NCBI RefSeq assembly: GCF_009914755.1 | Contig: NC_060939.1 | Reading direction: 5' to 3' (one strand) | DNA: 64,000 nucleotides | Source: the human T2T-CHM13v2.0 reference genome, Homo sapiens | Shown here: positions 1-57,948 of the stretch, piece after piece | How positions within the stretch are numbered: position 1 is the first letter of the stretch | Layout of the letters: each line of letters starts with the position of its first letter | Notes under the pieces: model-generated | The model's input: the letters and a program-made list of their open reading frames with translations, nothing else | What the model was told of the DNA's origin: nothing | Database searches by the model: none | Made by a program: the position numbers and the translations under genes

Positions 1-350
1 TGAAGTTGGGTTAGGATTTCCAAATTATCTTAATTTTCAAAGCCATGCTGTTGCTACTCACCTACAAGCCCTCTGCCTCTGAACGCTTTTCTGGGTTCCA
101 AATAACCCTATGTTTGGCACTCAGGATATTCCCTTTAGTCTCCTGGCCTTCCCTCACCCTTTCTATAGAAGCATTAAGTAATGAAGTCATAAAGAAGCAA
201 AACATTGGACTCTTTTAATCTGTGTATTTTATTTTTCTAGTTTAATAGTGGTTTTATGTGAAGCTGTAGCTTTGAGTATCTATTGTGTTTAGTTGTAAAG
301 ACATACTCTTTCACTTTATTAGGCATAACAATCATTTCATTTATGTTCAG

Positions 351-8444
<8,094 letters not shown>

Positions 8445-8759
8445 TATTATTAATAGTGTTATGCAGAAAATATGAATGGCAGGGAGGGGCAGAGAGAAAA
8501 ATCCATTTCTTCATTTAAATCAAATTTTAAAAATCTTGAACCTTAGAATCTAAAACTTACAGTAATTTAAAACCAACCAAAATCACATCCTAATTTTTCT
8601 GAGCCCTTTCTTTTCATGAAAAATTACATATTATAAAACAGAAGTTTGGGGGGAAAAAATCTATGTTTTACCATACAATAAGTTGACAAAAACTGGAGAA
8701 ACTAGAACAAACAAATCCAACTATGTAGTACTGAAAACAACAAGAAAATGGCTTATTTC

Positions 8760-8765
8760 ATTAAA
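8760..8765 (+). terminator. Candidate SLC24A5 polyadenylation signal ATTAAA
   Basis: First common hexamer I found downstream of the SLC24A5 stop. Confidence 0.5.
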
Positions 8766-9000
8766 AACAGTATAACCATTCATTTAAACTGAATGACCAG
8801 ACTTGCTGTCTTTAAAAACCCAAACTTGAGATTAACAAAAATTACAGTATATTTTTAACATTATACTGTTAAAAGCTGGTGGGAGTTTTAAAAGTTCATT
8901 TTTACAGCTTTTGTAAGCATACAATATTACTTTAAAAAAATGACTTTTACTAGGAGATTCAGCAAAACAGATGTAGGAATGTTCCAACCATGGCTTGAAA

Positions 9001-44335
<35,335 letters not shown>

Positions 44336-44459
44336 CCCGCCGCCGCTGCCTCCGCCTCGGCCGCCTGAGCTGAGGGGCTCCGAGCGCGACAATGGCGGCT
44401 GCCGGGGAAGCGGTAACGGATCCCGATTTGAAAAGGCCCCGAGCGCTCAGTAACCCGGA

Positions 44460-44469
44460 TCTCGCGAGA
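44460..44469. promoter_or_regulatory. TCTCGCGAGA CGCG element (BANP motif)
   Basis: Exact 10-bp palindromic consensus 125 bp upstream of the MYEF2 ATG. Confidence 0.85.
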
Positions 44470-45502
44470 ACCGGTCGAGACTGGGTGACTGGGAGATGGT
44501 GTGTGCCGGGTGCGGGGGGTGGGAGTGCGGGGGGAGGGGAGCCATGGGAGCTGGGGTCAGGGCCGCTGTTGCTGCAGTCGGCCCTACACCTGCCTGGGAG
44601 GGCTGGACCAGTCCTGAAAGCCCCCGGTGGTGGTGCCATGTCTGCCCACCAGCCCGCCTGTCGCTTGGCACCAGTGGAGTCTTCGCTTGCAAAGCGGGAT
44701 TAGACATCAAAGCCCTAACACCCAGACTGTTCAATTCATTCCAGGTAGGGGCAGTTAAAGAACACACCACTTTGCATCTTTAAAGACTTCTTGCAAGTCC
44801 TCAGACTGCCTTTAGAAATCCTTTGAATTAAGCAAATATAAGTCTCTTGCCATTTCAATGCCTAGGCACCCTTCGGACATTCCATAAATAGTTATTGATG
44901 ACTGATTGCAATTCACCAAAAGGAATGACTTTGAATTTCTTTGAGAATTATTTGTTCTTAGGGGGTGAGGATTTCCCAGGAACTCAACTATCAGCTTAGT
45001 AAGAGAAGACTGCAGTTTTTCTCTGGACATCAATCAATATGGGGAATCCATAATTATAAAATATCGTCTACTAGATGGGCTAATAATGGACATTTGAGGT
45101 TTTGACTGTGTGTTTATTGTATACTGATGGAAATTCTAGTGAAGTAGTTAGTTATACGCTCTCAAATTTAATTGCCATATGGAGTTTTAAAATACAGTCG
45201 TAGATTTTTCCCCCTAAGTATGAAAAGGAAACCGTTAAATTTAATCAACTCCTAATTCTCGAGTACTATAATCTTTCACATTGACATAACCTTTTTCAGC
45301 TGAAAAGTTTAAATGCCTTCCCAAATTTTTTTTCCATGAAGAAGCAAACACGTACAGTTTAGTCACTTTGCAGAATATCATACACACATCAGTGGTAAAG
45401 TTATAGTTAGAAAGTAATACTCAATTAACATAATTTCATCTTCGGCTTTTCAATGTGTAGTTTCCTACCCTCTACCGAAAAATACCAAGTTCAGCTACTT
45501 CA

Positions 45503-45547
45503 TCACACACACACACACACACACACATACACAAACACACACACACA
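45503..45547. repeat. Imperfect (CA)n microsatellite
   Basis: Seen directly. Confidence 0.9.
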
Positions 45548-45649
45548 TAATCAGAACATTTTAATGATAAGAATGCTATTGTAGTTGCTGTATAAATTGT
45601 TTCTCATTCAACTCTGAGACATAAGATTTATAATCGCAGAAAGGGCATT

Positions 45650-45840
45650 CAATTGTGACAGACAAAATCTGGGTTAGAACCCCAGCTCTGCCTCTTTTTG
45701 CCCATAACTCCCTGGGCAAGTCACCTCATTTCTCAATCTCTCTACAATAAATAGGGATAGCAATACCGACCTTACAGGATTGAGGTGAGGATTAAAAGAA
45801 AGCACTTTATGTAGGAAAAAGTGCTATATGAACATAATGT
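45650..45840 (+). mobile_element. MIR
   Basis: ctgggttagaaccccagctctgcc...gggcaagtcacct...aaaatagggata core. Confidence 0.75.
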
Positions 45841-46209
45841 AATATTACAATTCTCTATCTCCCTAAGCTCAGCAGGGTTTTAGTCAAAGACAAGCCAAGT
45901 GATTTTTCCCACAGCACTAAATTATAAGTACTTTCAAAATAGTCATCATTCTGTTATTCTTTTGCTATTGTTGAATTCAGTATGAAAATTGAACCCCACC
46001 ATCACCAGTACAATATATTCTTGCAAAAATCCTTTAATCAACTCAATGCAAGATTTTTTTAAGAGGCCTTTATGCTTCAAACAGAGTAGTAGGTACATGA
46101 GGAATACAAAAATGAGTACAGCCCTGTTGGGAGAGGGCTAATGTAAAAAGTACTATTTAAGTGCTATAATACAAATAAAAGCAAAGTATAATTAAAAAAT
46201 TATTTACAA

Positions 46210-46345
46210 AAACAGGAGACTGGCCCACATGCCTTAGTTTGCCAATTAAAATATTCCATTAAAATATTTATCTTGATTACTGAGTTTTAACTTTTGTACC
46301 CAAGACAAATGCCTCACCCGCTGTAGCTTGGTTCTAGTCCTGATA
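46210..46345 (-). mobile_element. MER96B-like hAT relic
   Basis: aaaatatttatcttgattactgagttt...tgcctcac...ctagtcctg. Confidence 0.5.
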
Positions 46346-46488
46346 AAGAGCAGAGGTTAATTCCTACTGAGAGATTGGTGAGGGCCTTATAAAAGAGCTG
46401 GATCTTAAAAGACAAAGAATTAAGGCAACTTCTGAAGGGAAGAGAATGATTAATCTTTACCATTCCATCTGACTGCTCAATAGATTGA

Positions 46489-46905
<417 letters not shown>

Positions 46906-47199
46906 TTGGTTTTTTGTTTTTTGTTTGTTTGTTTTTTAGTGCATGTAGGTACATTGAAAAATTCTTAAGTGATGCTCAAATTCTTATTTTCCCATGATTC
47001 ACATTGCAAAAGCATTATCCTTTGCAATTGCACAAAATATATTACTGGTACAACTTCACATAATCACTTAGTTTTCTTTCTTACAAATTAGAATGCATGT
47101 TTATGTGTGTGTACCTGGCGGGATAGGGGAAAAGCTATTACACGTATCTAGAAATCTAATCCTAGAAATCACAAAATATTTTCAATTAATACCTTAATA

Positions 47200-47640
47200 T
47201 ATGTATCACTTAGGAATTGTGTTCATCTGCTAATAACAATAACTAGAAATAATAGTGTCTTAAGCAAGATATACATTTTTACTCTCTTAAGTAAAATAAA
47301 TGCAGAAGGAGCATCCCAGAGGATATATAGTAGCTTCACAGTCATCGTGAAGTCAGGTTCCTGCTACCTTAATCTTTCGCCATCCTAGTGTGAGGCTTCC
47401 ATTCTTAAGGTTGCCCTATGACCCAAGATGGCTGCTGGAGATCGAGGCACCTTGTCGGCATTGTAGGTCAGAAGGAGTCCAGAAAAAAAGGGACCTATCC
47501 AGAAGTCTCACACAACACTTCCGCTTATGGGCAAGAACTTAGTCACATGACACACTCATCTGTGGGGGAGGTTGGCAAATAATTTGGGGGCTGGGCTTAC
47601 TGCCCAGGGTTCTGTTACCAATGAAGAAGAGAATGGATGT
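47200..47640. mobile_element. MLT1 (ERVL-MaLR) solo LTR
   Basis: ccaagatggctgctgga...gcaagaacttagtcacatgac motifs. Confidence 0.6.
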
Positions 47641-50534
47641 CATCATTCTTCTTTTTTTTAATTTATTTTGTCTTTAAGAATTAAGTTTTAGGGATAATAA
47701 TAAAATTTAAAAGAAAAAGAAACTAGACAAAAATGGTGGCTAACATTTCTATGGTGACAATAGCTTCTAAAAATACTTCCATATTTGTGCTGATATTCTA
47801 GCCCTAGAATTCATAATAAATAGATTACCTTCTCTGGGGTATTCAGAAACTCAAAAAAGAAAAAAGAATTAAACGGCAAAGACCAACAATATGAAGTAAA
47901 ACAAAAAGTATGGTATAATTTTTAAGTCAATTTGCTTCACTATATAAATTGCTGGATTTGAAGGCATGAAGTTTCTAAACCTTACAAAGTAAAAATTTAC
48001 CTCTTTAAAGCTTAAAAAGGAATTCGTAACTTTTTAAAATACTATGGTTTATATTTGAAATCTACATATGTATTTCCCTTTTTATAGAAAGTTCATTCTG
48101 TGATGAAAATGTGGACATTGGTTACTATCAAGTAGAAAGTAAAGTTTAATCTTATTCTGACGATTAGCTATTTACCATTCTCTCTCTTCTTCTCTTTTCC
48201 TCCTTTCTCTCTCTCTCTCCCTCCGTATCTCTGTATCACCCCCAATACACCCTCATTACACCACAGCTCTGCTTACTTTAGGAGTTCTTTTTTTTTAGCA
48301 TTTAGCATTCCAAAAATACATCCTATACAAAGGTCTCTACCAGCTAGCTAAGTGAAGTTTAGAATTAAGACAATTATCTGAATAATCCAGGCAGAAACTC
48401 CACTTTTACCTCAATTATTCAAATAATTCAGAAAATAACCTCCATTGCCTTCAGGCATTGCCATTGGATTTCTGTCTGTGATCCTCCATTTCATGAAACT
48501 AAACAGAATCCAAAAATTGTACCGTATTACAGCCCTTTTCCTCAAGGGTCACACCATTCCTGATGGCTGCTTATGAGCCTAGTTTGGTGAAAGCTATGAT
48601 TTTTCAGTAGTATACTGATGTGATATTTTTTCATGGTGTATTGCAAAATGGTAGATTGAAGTGATTTCATGTTACTATGTTTCAATTCACAAAGTGTTTA
48701 AACATGCAGAATATATATATGTGTGTATATGCAATATGCAGTATGTATATAAACAAAATATATTTCCATGATTTTCATTTCTAGCTATTTTTATCAGTCA
48801 GGAAAAGAAAGCTTTTGACTCAGTCAAACACTATAGATGTTTCCTCTAGGAAAGGATTTAATGCATAAAGTCTTAGAGGCTTATACAACAATTAGTAAGG
48901 CTGAGAGGGCAAAGGTCCAGGAGCTATTGCTAGAGTTTGAAATATTAGGAAGAGCAGGAGTCACAAGGAACCATGGCCAAGGATCCCTCTGACCTGTAAC
49001 AACAAGATAAGTCTCAAGACTTCCTTGTGCCCAGAATCTGCTGACTTAACATTCCATCTGCCGTTTGCTGATACCCACAAAGTTACCTGCAGCCACTACT
49101 GAAATTGATGGCTTCTCTTTCCCTTCCTCCTTGCAAATTTTGTAACAGTGCCTCTCCTTGGTAGAATTTAGATTGAAATACTATTAGCAACAGAGTTTGA
49201 TAAATGTCTCATAGGAGACAGAACTTAGAAGGGCAAAAACGATGCTAAGTGTCAATAGGTAATATTTTGCACAGTTTCTAAACCATTTGGCATGCTTTCT
49301 GAGGTACCCACATATGAAGGAGACAGTTACCCTATGTGTGCAATCGTGCTTTGAAAAATAAAATCAGGCCAAATGTTTTAAAATGTGTAAATTATAGATA
49401 GAAAACAACAACTTACAAACTGAGAGATCTCAAACCGAAAATGCTAAGTGGAAGCTCAGAGGCATGGCATTATAGGCTGGCTTATAAAGCAAAAATGAAA
49501 CTTTAACTTTTACGATGATTTGTTATTACCATGGAGGTTTTCAGACAACAGATTGGTTTAAAATTCATCATCTTATACCATTTTTGGAAGACAACTTAAG
49601 TTTTACTTACAATTGTCAGAGGTATTTACAAGAAATAACCTAAGTTACTCTTACATGGCCTAACTGGTTTTGTCTGCTCCGAGGGTTCTCAAGCCTGGTC
49701 TCCATTTTATTTTGTTTTAACAATCCATTCATTCATTGTGTGTGTTAGATTTAAAAATGCCTGAACTTCTAAATAAGATAAAGTATGTAAAAATACTTGT
49801 GACTTATCTTATTCTCTTGACTCCATTAACAAATCTCAATTGTGAGTTCCTTGCAATATCGTTCAGGCTACTAAAGAGACTGCATGGTAGTACGGTCAGT
49901 CTAGATGTTCTGACAGTCCCAACGTTACAGAGCAAATGTAGGCTTGCATAAGTGTCCATGTACTTCAAACCAGATTTCTGCATCAGCACTCTGAATATTT
50001 CTGGAAACTAGTATCAACAACATTTCTGAAAAATCAAACCTTATTCTTCCCAAGTGCCTTTGCTTTGAGCACTATCTAAAGTCCTCGGGACAGTTACATA
50101 GGAACTACTGTAGAACTACTGTAGACTAAAAAATTATTACAATTAATCAGTCCTCAAAACATTAGGCTTACATTTTCTCCTCAAAAATCTTCATATTTTT
50201 AAGTACTGTTTTAGATCATAGTCACTAACTTCAATTTATTTTATACTGACTTTTAGGTAGTGTAGAAAAAGAAGGCCCCTCCTTAGTTCTTTCTGATTAT
50301 CTCCTATAGTTGCCTAAAGTGTCTTCGCATCTCACCAGATAAACGTTCATTCAGTTTAGCTTTGCTTAATATATGAGAGGTGTGGCTTTTATTTGGCTAG
50401 CCTAGCTTTAGAACTCTGATACCAAATATACAACTGTTCATTCTTTAACAATGCACAGAACCCTGAAAAAGAAAAAGAACTCACATTCTACAAAATCATA
50501 CATTAAAAATAACTGGCAACTTAAGAAAATGGAA

Positions 50535-51570
50535 AGATAAGCCACAGACTGGAATAAAATCTTTTCAAAACGCATATCTAATAAAGAACTTATATCCAAA
50601 AACAAAGAAGATATGCAAATGAAAAATAAGCAAATGAAATTATCATTAACATCAGATGTACTGGGGGTTGAAAATTGGAACAATAATGAGAAACCACTAT
50701 ATATTATTGGAATGGCTAAAATCCAAAACACTGACAACACTAAATGTTGAAGATGATGTGGAGCAACAGGAACTCTCATTAATTACTGGTAGAAATACAA
50801 AATGATGCAGCCACTTTGGAAGACAGTATGGCAATTTCTTACACAGCTAAATATAGTCTTACCATAGAATCCAACAATCACGCTCTTAGTTATTTGCTGA
50901 AACAAATTGAAAACTTATGTCCACACAAAAGCCTGCACACAAATATTTATAGTATCTTTATTCATAATTGCCAAAAATTGGAAGTAACCGAGATATCTTT
51001 CAACAGATGTATAGATAAATAAACTGTGGCATATCCATACAATGAAATATTATTGAACAATAAAAAATAAATGAGCTATCAAGCCATGAAAAGTCATGAA
51101 GGATGCTTACATGCGTGTTGTTAAATGAAAGAAGCCAGTTTGAAAGGGCAACAGAGTCTATATGACTCTATACATACATTCTGGAAAAGAGAAAACTGCA
51201 AGACAGTTTCAGATCAATGGATTCCAGGGGTTTGTGAGGGGAAGAGGAAGGGATAAATAGGGGATATTCAGAAATGTGAAACTATTCTGCATGACAATAT
51301 AATGGTGAATATATGACATTATACACTATTCAAAACTCATAGAACTGACCAACAAAAAGAATAAACTCTAGTGTAAACTGTGTACTTAATAATAATGTAA
51401 CAAAATTGTTTTATCAATTGTTAACAAATGTACCACACTAATGTAAGATGTTAATAACAAGTGAAACTGTGAGAAAAGGGATGGGAGATATATGGGAACT
51501 TTCTGTACTCTCTGACTTTTCTGTAATCCTGAAACTGCTCTAAGAAAATTAAGTCTATTCAATAACAAAA
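50535..51570 (+). mobile_element. L1MB/L1MC 3' end
   Basis: gatgtggagcaacaggaactctc...aaacttatgtccacacaaaa...aactgctctaagaaaattaagtctatt. Confidence 0.88.
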
Positions 51571-52714
51571 ATAACTGGCAATATTTCGGGAAAAAATTAT
51601 GTTGGAGAAAAAAGTGTAAAACTTACATAACATCACAACCATAGCACTGCAAAAAACATTTACAAAGCTAAGAAAATGCTAGCACAATTAAAAATAAAAG
51701 TTACGACATATATTTCAATACATTTAGAACTTCACAAATTTGTTTGAGTTAGGAAAGAATGATGGAATAAATAAACCAAAGGTTGAGTTACAAAAACAAG
51801 GACAAATGCACAAAGATCAGGAAGAATTGTGCAATAAGCATTTTCAAGACAGATCGTATGGTGAAATTAAGCCAAGAGGAAAAAGGAGGAGTGAATGGGT
51901 GTTATATATAGGACTACTTTCCTCCACAGCTTACTACCTTCAGCTGTGTTAGTGGACTTAGAGTGCAACTGCTTTTACTTGGTAGTCAAAACATTAACGT
52001 ATTGGGGAAAATCATGTATAAAACAATTGATTTCCACATTTCATTGACATTCCTATTTGCCAATTATTTTTTAACTGAGTCCTATTACAGAAGCATACAT
52101 TATGTTAGAAAACTGCTCTTGTTTCTCTATCTTTAGCAGAGCAAAATAACTTAAGCTAATCTCTATATACTATACTGTAGTTATGGCTCATACATTCGTG
52201 GAGATTGTGCCCAAGGTACCCTCTCATACTCATTAGATTCAACAGTGAATATAGTGGAGGGCTTAAAGTACACTTTAAATGAAACAACTGAAGGCTTATG
52301 GGCAGTAAAACTAAAAGCAATTAAATGAAATTTCATTTAAATAGAACACTCTGAACTGAAACATTTAGTACATTTTTCTTTGCAGAAAAGTTTACCAGAA
52401 AACAGAGCATCTCATTTTCAATGGGACTCATCAACCAGACCAGCATTAGATCATTAACTACACTAAAGTGTCATCATGCTCAATTCACTTAGGAGTCCAC
52501 ATACTTAGATCATTTCTTCACTGTTGACAAAATCCCACACAGTCATTTTCTAATCAAATCTAATTATCCTATTACTGTACTCTCTAATCCTATTTCAGCA
52601 CATTCAGCCTTGGCTTAGTTTTGAGATATCAGATGGTAAAAATGACCTAAAGGAAGATCTCCAAGGGGAAAAAAATAGAAAACTAATGGGGTGGCTTTAA
52701 AATATGTAGGAGTT

Positions 52715-53133
<419 letters not shown>

Positions 53134-55895
53134 TTATAAAAATGAACTTCCAGAGATCCATGAATACCTGAGCTGTGAGCAAAACATCTGTATATATGTA
53201 TTTTTAGGAAGAGGGCATATCTTTCTTAGTGAAATTTCAAAATCATTCTTATTCCTCCCCCCGAAACAATGATTAAAACTGTATATGTAGACAAAAAAGA
53301 CATGGGTAGATAAAAATAACACTCATATACATAGGAGTTCATTTTTTGAAAAAAAAAAAAGGTTGACTTTTGAATATAGCTAATTACCAAACATCATCTA
53401 AAGCCAAAAAAGCATTGGATTAATCTTAAAAAATAGTTATACCAAAACTAATTTATGTTTGTCTTTAATACATGTTTTAAAATTTCACATTTGAAAGATA
53501 TGCTACCCAATGTTTGAATCAATAGCAATATTCAAATTAAAAAGCACAGCTACATTAAAATATTTTAGTTAAGGAATAATAATCAAACCTCAGCCAAACA
53601 AGACGTAGATTTTCCTGAAAAATTGAAAGTAACATGTTGGCCTCATAGGTTGAAGAGGTAAAGGTGATCTCACTTTGCAAAAGTTGAGAGCAAGAAGTCA
53701 ACTAGAGCCAAGATGGCAAGAATTTATGCAAGCTAAATTTTCCTCTGAAAAGAATCCTGAGCTCAGTTGTTAGAGGAAATTCTTGTTTTCAGTTTCTTTG
53801 TGACAACCTCATTCTAGAATATATTCATTACAGTTGGGCTATCATGCTTTCTAAATTCCTATAGTTACCATGTCTTCTAACAAGGTGGACAATTAACACT
53901 TCCAATCTCTGAGATAACAAAAAGTCTTAGTCATATAAGGGACACTATTTAGAGTATAAAAATAGCAATAGGGTAACAAAGTGGTTTGAAATTAAGCTGA
54001 TCTATAATTATATAAACTGAAAAATTTCTTCGTCATCTTGACATTTTAATATTTCCTCATTATAGTTTAGATTTTTATCTTCATAGCTAATTAGATGATA
54101 CATTTTCTGTATTTTAGTATCCTATTTAGAATAAATTTATAAAACAACCATATACACTCACCCAATAATCAAAAAGTAGAGAAATTTACTTTATTTATTT
54201 ATTTACTCCACTTCTGATTTTATGAGGACATTTACATGAGGTCACACATTAAAACAAATAATTAAAAGAAAATAATATTATCATTACCTAAGAAACCAAA
54301 ATTGCAGTAGTTAAGGTGATTAAAAAAAAGAAAAGATATAAAAGGCTTAAGGTCTTATGTAGTTATTCATTTTCAACTGTTAATTTGATTCTGGCATCCC
54401 TAGTAGCTAAAATAAATGCTAACTTTAATTAGTTACATGATTTTCATTGTGTGTAAGAACAGAACATACCACTTTACCCTGGGTTGATTTAAGTGAGGTA
54501 TGAAAGTTCAATTCATTAAACTGGTATTGAAAGAAATGCTTTTGGGGATATATCTATGAAATCTAAATTTCTTGGGCATCTTTATATAAGAAATAGTAAG
54601 TTATATGTTGACCAACACTTTAGTAACAGCTCTGTAGTAGATATAGAGCAGGTTGTGTAAGCTGGCTACTGTTTCACATAGAATTACTGTATATAAGCTG
54701 AGAGCATAATGTCAAAGCATAGTAAAGGCAATTCTGCTTGAGGAACTTCTAAACAATGTCACCAACATATTTACCTTTCTAATAACTTGGATTGTTCTGA
54801 AAATAAATCATAGATGCTCCAGAAGTATAGATTATCCACATGTGCTTTAGAAAGGCATTCATATATTTCATGCCTTTCAGCAATTTTTTTTGTAAAAGTT
54901 GGGCAGTAGATATTGGCAAGGACCTGAAGTACAAGTATTCTGTGTTTTATCTTTTTGCAGTTCTTCATCCCTTCTTTGGCAATGGCTAATAAAACATGAA
55001 TAGCATATTAATCTGTGTTTGTATAGAACTTTGTAGAACTTACCATATTATTTTGCCACGTATCTCCTCGAGGGCAGAGACCAAATCTCATTTATCTTTG
55101 TATCTCAGCATCTAGCAAAGAAAGTGGAACCTAATGGATTTTTAATCCATTATGCTTTCCTGAATAAGCCATTTTGCAGGCTTTTGAGAGCATCATTACC
55201 TTTCATATAGCTTGAAAAGGGTCAGGGTCATGCACCAACTAATACCAAGGAACCTAATTTATAATCAATGCTTTCCTTTGGCATCAATTCAGAAGCATTA
55301 ATGGGAAACGCTAGCAACCTTCAAAATGTAAGCATGTGTGTATGATGTCAATGACATAACAAATCAACATTCACACAAATGATCTATGAAACAAGAAGCC
55401 TATTCTACCTTTTAAACTAAGTGAGAATTAGAACTGTAATATCCAGATTTTAAAAATCAGCTTTATGGGCATTTACCATGGAGCCATATTTCAAGTCATA
55501 AAGTGACAAGTCAAAGTCTCCAACCGTGATAATAAATTATTGGAGTGGTGCTTATACATCCGCAGCAGAATCATGTAACTTAGTTCTGCTCCCTTGAGCT
55601 CGGCCTGCAAAGAGAATGAATGGTTATAGATCATAGTATGGAAATACAGACTCAACTATACCACTGGTCCAGACAATGTCAAAATCAAAATCAAAGGAAT
55701 CAAATTCATAAAAAATTGTTCATACTGTACAGACAAAATGTTTACATGATTAGTCTCTGAACTAATTTTGAATAAATTATTTTTGTAACAGTTTGGAAAC
55801 ATACATAGAATAATAGATGGAATAAAATGATCTCCTTTCCCACAATCTATGACTGACTGCATTGCCAGAATTCAATATCTCTAGCATCTTGCTAC

Positions 55896-56375
<480 letters not shown>

Positions 56376-57122
56376 GCCCAGAGTGCTAATAAAGAATGTG
56401 GCCCTTGGCAAGTTTAAAAAGGGTCAATAAAACCATGGCCATGGAAATGTCCCTAGAATAAGATATGTCTTTCAGTCTTTCATAGAGGGCAGTTAGTTCA
56501 CCTACATTTTAGGACATCTTAATAGTTTAAAATCAAAAAACAACTTTTAAAAAATGTGGTCTTATATGAACTCTCAGTTATACATTGCCCATTTTTTTGT
56601 AAGACCATTACATTTCCTAAATCAGTAAATACTCTAAATAATCATGAAGTTTGTCTTCACTTTGTTATTGAATCTAGTTGCAGTTACATTACGTTTTCAA
56701 AGTATTTTCTTTAGATGAGTGTCCCAATTCTGTATCTACATTTCCCCCAACGACTCACAGTCCAGTAGTTATAAGGTGAATAATTAAGATTGTAGGGAAT
56801 CTAAAAGTGCTTGCAACTTGTAGGTTCTGGATAGAGTCGCAAAACATAAATAGAATTGGGAACCCTGTAACTGAGTTTGTTGAAACGGCCAGACCCCTAA
56901 AATAAGGATAAAGAGCAAGGTTTCTGTTGTTGTTTTTTTGTTTTCCTTTGCTTTGCTTTGCTTTACCTTGCTTTCAACGTCGGTTAGGTTTAGAATCTAC
57001 ATATTCAACACTGTTTAGAAAACGTACCTGGCAGCTATCTAGAGCTTTATCAGAGCGTTTCCTGGCTGCTATTTTGTTGTCTTCTAGCTTGTGTTGGGGA
57101 GACAGGTCTCACCACGCACCAT

Positions 57123-57143
57123 TTCAGCACTACGGACAGCGCC
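57123..57143 (+). promoter_or_regulatory. RE1/NRSE (REST binding site)
   Basis: TTCAGCACTACGGACAGCGCC, a 20/21 match to canonical TTCAGCACCACGGACAGCGCC. Confidence 0.9.
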
Positions 57144-57599
57144 TAGGCGCCTTCTCCTAGAAACGGAAGGGGATTCAGTTGTGTTTGTGTGGAAGAGAGA
57201 AGGGAAAGAGTAGAGGAAAAGAACTCCAAACGACACATTCAGTCTCCAGTTAAATCAATACACCTTTCACTCCTGAATTTTCCTTACCGGATAAGAAGAA
57301 ACGTGTAAGAATTTAGTGCCTACTGTTCTACTGAAAACGGCTGTCACCAAAGCACAGCAAAATGCCCGCAGCACAGCCAGGAATGCAGCAAAGAGAGCAA
57401 AACAAGGATTTCAGCAGTAAATCAATTAAACCCTCACTGCCTTAGTAAACAAAGATAATGATGAAATCTAATTGCTAACCTTCAGGGTGTGTCGTGAGAA
57501 AAAAAAGGAGTGTCTATTTTTTTCTTCCTCTCTTCCTCTTTCTTTTAGCAGAACTGAAGAATAGAGCCTGTTGCTGCTGGAGCTGATTCCCTTCCCCTC

Positions 57600-57948
57600 C
57601 TCATCTCCCACCTCCTTTCAGTCTCACATACACACACAGATGCTGCCACAGACACACGCGAGCGCAAATATTTACACACTGCCACACCGAAGAAATCCAT
57701 GCACGTTTTCCTGCAAACGCGCGCGCGCACACGTACTTCGGCGGGCGCCCACGTCCTCTGTCTCACCAACAGACACAGACATTTACACTTCTAGGCCAGG
57801 AAAGCGCTAACCAGGGCCCTGTGACTCTACGCAGGTTCCAGAACACGCCTTCTACATTTGTTACTGAACCGATCAGCGAACACAGACAAACGTGCCAACA
57901 CTTAAGTCTACTGGCTGGACTTCATCTCCATGGCAACAAGCATGGAAG
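57600..57948 (+). other. CTXN2: Likely CTXN2 (cortexin 2) promoter and non-coding first exon; CDS beyond the window
   Basis: Small CpG-enriched patch, donor GAAG|gtgaga at 57948/9, RE1 upstream. Identity comes from the known gene order SLC24A5-MYEF2-CTXN2; the start coordinate is approximate. Confidence 0.65.
57924..57937 (-). promoter_or_regulatory. RFX X-box-like site
   Basis: GTTGCCATGGAGAT versus the palindromic consensus GTTGCCATGGCAAC. Confidence 0.6.

Noticed and set aside
48800-49720. Possible additional LTR relics
   Set aside because: LTR-like texture, but I cannot assign a family or boundaries without RepeatMasker.
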